From: the human T2T-CHM13v2.0 reference genome, Homo sapiens | Reading direction: 5' to 3' (one strand) | Assembly: GCF_009914755.1 (NCBI RefSeq) | Contig: NC_060932.1 | DNA: 64,000 bases | In this document: positions 55,016-64,000 of the stretch, one piece after another | Layout of the letters: each line of letters opens with the position of its first letter | Numbering within the stretch: position 1 is the stretch's first letter | Notes under the pieces: model-generated | What the model saw: the letters and a program-made list of their open reading frames with translations, nothing else | Told to the model about the DNA's origin: nothing | Databases searched by the model: none | Program-made: the position numbers and the translations under genes

Positions 55016-55307
55016 GGCTGGGAGCGGTGGCTCATGCCTGTAATCCCAGCACTTTGGGAGGCTGAGGCAGGAGGATCACCTGAGGTCAGGACTTCGAGAC
55101 CAGCCTAGCCAACATGGTGAAACCCCCATCTCTACTAAAAAATTACAAAAATTATCGGGGTGTGGTGGCAGGCACCTGTAGTCCCAGCAACTCAGGAGGC
55201 TGAGGCAGGAATTGCTTGAGCCCAGGAAGTGCAGATTGCAGTGAGCAGAGATTGTACCATTGCACTCCAGCCTGGGAGACAGAACAAGACTCCATCTCAA
55301 AAAAAAA

Positions 55308-55347
<40 letters not shown>

Positions 55348-55352
55348 ATAAA
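55016..55352 (+). mobile_element. AluS with (TAGA)9 tail
   Basis: Full dimer; repeat at 55309-55346. Confidence 0.95.
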
Positions 55353-56553
55353 TCTCACCATAGTCTCAGGGTGAACATGCTAAATTACCAAATGACACTC
55401 AAAATTTATCATATAGGTTATCATTATTCAAGTTCACCAAAAGAGCTGATTAATATAAATTAGACTTGTTGGTAAAGTTTTCTGAAAGAGATTATAACTT
55501 GAAAAACAGATGAGATTTAAGTAGGGGTGGTGGAGCCAAGATGGCCAAATAGGAACAGCTCCAGTCTACAGCTCCCAGCATGAGCAACGCAGAAGACGGG
55601 TGATTTCTGCATTTCCAACTGAGGTACCAGGTTCATCTCATGGGGGAGTGCCAGACAGTGGGGGCAGGACAGTGGGTGCAGTGCACCACGCATGAGCCAA
55701 AGCAGGGAGAGGCATCGCCTCACCCGGGAAGTGCAAGGGGTCAGGGAATTCCCTTTCCTAGTCAAAGAAAGGGGAGACAGAGGGCACCTGGAAAATCAGG
55801 TCACTCCCACCCTAATACTGCGCTCTTCCAATGGGCTTAACAAACAGCACACCAGGAGATTACATCCCGCACGTGCCTCGGAGGGTCCTACGCCCATGGA
55901 ACCTCACTCATTGCTAGCACAGCACTCTGAGATCAAACTGCAAGGTTGCAGCGAGGCTAGGGGAGGGGCGCCTGCCATTGCTCAGGCTTCAGTAGGTAAA
56001 CAAAGCAGCCAGGAAGCTCGAACTCGGTGGAGGCCACCACAGCTCAAGGAGGCCTGCCTGCCTCTATAGGCTCCACCTCTGGGGGCAGGGCACAGACAAA
56101 CAAAAGACAGCAATAACCTCTGCAGTCTTAAATGTCCCTGTATGACAGGTTTGAAGAGAGTAGTGGTTCTCCCAGCACGCAGCTTGAGATCTGAGAACGG
56201 GGAGACTGCCTCCTCAAGTGGGTCCCTGACCCCCGAGTGGCCTAACTGGGAGGCACCCCCCAGTAGGGGCGGACTGACATCTCACAAGGCCGGGTACTCC
56301 TCTGAGACAAAACTTCCAGAGGAATGACCAGGCAGCAGCATTTGCGGTTCACCAATATCCGCTGTTCTGCAGCCACGGCTACTGATACCCAGGCAAACAG
56401 GGTCTGGAGTGGACCTCCAGTAAACTCCAACAGACCTGCAGCTCAGGGTCCTGAATGTTAGAAAGAAAACTAAAAAACAGAAAGGACATCCACACCAAAC
56501 ACCCATCTGTACATCATCATCATCAAAGACCAAAGGTAGATAAAACCACAAAG

Positions 56554-57570
56554 ATGGAGAAAAAACAGAGCAAAAAAACTGGAAACTCTAAAAATCAGAG
56601 CGCCTCTCCTCCTCCAAAGGAACACACCTCCTCACCAGCAACAGAACAAAGCTGGATGGAGAATGACTTTGACAAGTTGAGAGAGGAAGGCTTCAGAAGA
56701 TCAAACTATTCCGAGTTAAAGCAGGAAGTTCGAACCAATGGCAAAGAAGTTAAAAACTTTGAAAAAAAATTAGATGAATGGATAACTAGAATAACCAATG
56801 CAGAGAAGTCCTTAAAGGAAGTGATGGAGCCGAAAACCAAGGCACGAGAACTACGTGACGTATGCACAAGCCTCAGTAACTGATGCAATCAACTGGAAGA
56901 AAGGTTATCAGCAATGGAAGATGAAATGAATGAAATGAAGCATGAAGAGAAGTTTAGAGAAAAAAGAATAAAAAGAAATGAACAAAGCCTCCAAGAAATA
57001 TGGGGCTATGTGAAAAGACCAAATCTACATCTCATTGGTGTACCTGAAAGTGATGGGGAGAATGGAACCAAGTTGGAAAACACTCTGCAGGATATTATCC
57101 AGGAGAACTTCCCCAATCTAGCAAGGCAGGCCAACATTAAATTTCAGGAAATACAGAGAATGCCACAAAGATACTCCTCGAGAAGAGCAACTCAAAGACA
57201 CATAATTGTCAGATTCACCAAAGTTGAAATGAAGGAAAAAGTGTTCAGGGCAGCCAGAGAGAAAGGTCGGGTTACTCACAAAGGGAAGTCCATCAGACTA
57301 ACAGCGGATCTCTCAGCATAAACTCTACAAGCCAGAAGAGAGTGGGGGCCAATATTCAACATTCTTAAAGAAAAGAATTTTCAACCCAGAATTTCATATC
57401 CAGCCAAACTAAGCTTCATAAGTGAAGGAGAAATAAAATCCTTTACAGACAAGAAAATGCTGAGAGATTTTGTCACCACCAGGCCTGCCCTAAAAGAGCT
57501 CCTGAAGGAAGCACTAAACATGGAAAGGAACAACCGGTACCAGCCGCTGCAAAATCATGCCAAAATGTAA
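56554..57570 (+). pseudogene. L1 ORF1p, disrupted by two in-frame stops
   Basis: 339 codons (MEKKQSKKTGNSK...); TGA at 56881, TAA at 57319. Confidence 0.95.
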
Positions 57571-57633
57571 AGACCATCGAGACTAGGAAGAAACTGCATC
57601 AACTAACGAGCAAAATAACCAGCTAACATCACA

Positions 57634-61468
<3,835 letters not shown>

Positions 61469-62149
61469 ACAATGAAAACACATGGACACAGGAATGGGAA
61501 CACGACACACCAGGGACTATTGTGGGGTGGGGGGAGGCAGGAGGGATAGCATTAGGAGATATACCTAATGTTAAATGACAAGTTAATGGGTGCAGCCCAC
61601 CAACATGGCACATGTGTACATATGTAACAAACCTGCACGTTGTGCACATGTACCCTAAAACTTAAAATATAATAAAAATAAAAAAGAATTAAAAAAAAGA
61701 AGGAAATACACAAAAATGTCCACCAAAAAAAAAAAAAAAAAAGGTTTAAGTAGGGGTAAGGAAGTGGTGACAAGCTAGGTTGGGAAACCATGTGACAGGA
61801 GGCTATGATGAATGCACTTCATCTGTTTAGTGTCCACAGAAACTCTTGCGGAAAAAGGAGAGGAAATGCAGTTTGATTCCAAATGTAGGGGTCTCTCACC
61901 TCGAGAGCTCTTGAGTCTGGCTTTCACTACTGATGGTTTTGAGCAGGGGAACCCCAAAATGAAAGATAAGTTTGGTAAGTTATGGAGACTGGATGGAATC
62001 TCCAATTCCCAGAGTCCAGCACGTGGCCCAGCAGAGTGCTGTGAGGTTCTCCTGGGGTCATGAAGCTGACCCCAAAATTAAGCTGCATTGTCTTGTGTTA
62101 TGTGTACGTGGTGACTCATTGCACAGACGTTTGCATTCATCTTGGGATG

Positions 62150-62278
62150 CGACAACTCTGTGTCTGTCGCTGCTGGGACAGGACAGCCTATGCTACTCTT
62201 GTCCTGGTGTAACTGTCAACAAGGCCCCTTTCACTCTCACAATTGTCCAGTTTGGGTGACATATTATATGGTCACCTA
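62150..62278 (-). mobile_element. MER94 (hAT-Blackjack MITE)
   Basis: cccctttcactctcacaattgtccagtttgggtgacatattatatggtcacct. Confidence 0.7.
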
Positions 62279-63278
62279 AGATATGGGATTTTGAACAGTG
62301 ATCTACAAAGCTATTTTTCAATGTTATTAAACTATGATATTTATAAACTAAAGGTAGCACATTTGAGGAGAGGACTGAAGATCCTAACTCAGTATTTTAG
62401 TGAGAGCTCTTGCTGCCCCTAAAATGTCAAGCAACAAAGTAAAGCCTCCATTGCACAGGCATCCACAGAGAGCCAGCATTTTGGAAAACACTTGATCATA
62501 TTGTTAGTTATCAACAACCTTTTGAGCTGTCTGTGATGTTCAATGGCTGCCATCTCTTGTATTTCAAATATAAATCATTATTCACTTAGCTTCTGATGAA
62601 AAACTATGCCTGTTGGATGGTCTGTAGGATTGCTTGTTTACCCCTCAGTGTTATAATGCCTGTTTGTTAGCTCATTAATGCTTTGGGCCAAGACTTTAAG
62701 AACTGCCTGAACTGCAGTTGAAATAGGAGCCACTCCCACTCCCATAGTTAAAGCAAATCTACACTTAACCCTGCTTCACTGAATGCAGTCGTACCATGAA
62801 ACTTCATTGCTATCACTGAATTCTTTTCCACTGGCAACTGTGGAAGGGAAGAGTACCTTTATTATGGTGCTTTGCCCTGACTAAGCAGTTAGAAAAAATA
62901 TAAGGGTCCTTGGGCCAGATAGAGGACACAGAGCTAGTGAGACCACCATTTGGGGTGCTTCTGTGAAAGTTAAGAGGTGAGGCTCCCGGTACAGGGCAGT
63001 GGCAGGAGACGGAGGGCACATATGAGGAGTGCAGTTCCAGGGCCCCAGAAAGATATTTTACACATCTGGCCACTTGTAGTCTGGAATTTTAGACGGAGTC
63101 CAAGTCCGAATCTACAGTTCTTTGGGACGTATCTGTGATCTTTACAAAGTAATATACTCTAAACTATTGAGACTCACATCCAAAATGGGCAGTTTTCATG
63201 ATTTGTCTCTACAGAACAGGTAAGAACGTTATCAAAACAAAGAAGTGACATTGCTCTTTCATCAACAAACTTCCTTGA

Positions 63279-63608
<330 letters not shown>

Positions 63609-63827
63609 AGAAGATGTAAACTTTTAAATCCAAGGTAAAAAAAATGATGTGATGGGTCCCTATTTTACAACATGTAATCAAATGCTTAGATTGGTTCCCT
63701 GCCTGAAAGTCTCTTTGCATATATCAAGTTACGTTTTATCATTTGTGCCCAACAATTTCTTCCAAAAAAAATCCCTTGTTCTTTAATGAGGAAAAAGAAC
63801 ATCTTTGCTGTTTAGAAAAGGGCGTAA

Positions 63828-64000
63828 GGCCGGGCGTGGTGGCTCACGCCTGTAATCCCAGCACTTTAGGAGGCTGAGGCGGGCAGATCACCTGAGGTAA
63901 GGAGTTCGAGACCAGCCTGGCCAAAATAGTGAAACCGTCTCTACTAAAAATACAAAAATTAGCCGGGCATGGTGGAAGGCACCTATAATCCCAGCTACTC
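63828..64000 (+). mobile_element. AluS, cut by the window end
   Basis: Left arm and start of right arm. Confidence 0.93.

Overview
Human-like (primate) euchromatic, non-coding DNA made up mostly of interspersed repeats. I can support no host protein-coding exon, tRNA, rRNA or CRISPR array; the longer ORFs in the track come from L1, LTR12, Alu or microsatellites. Main elements: a full-length but inactivated L1PA4-like LINE-1 (55529-61741) with TSDs and a short 3' transduction; a complete solo LTR12 (ERV9) at 16323-17825; about 25 Alus, including a consensus-perfect AluYc1-type copy; THE1B, MST, MLT1, MER39 and MER66-like LTRs; hAT DNA transposons (Charlie1, MER58A, MER69A, MER94); a piggyBac MER85 MITE; a 37-bp AT-rich minisatellite; and a 360-bp purine tract. 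No new multi-gene system is evident. The best leads are a possible LTR12-driven spliced non-coding transcript, the L1 transduction and a possible gene-conversion patch, the young Alu, the VNTR and several motif clusters. Repeat family names come from my recall of consensus sequences, not a database search, and boundaries of old repeats are approximate.
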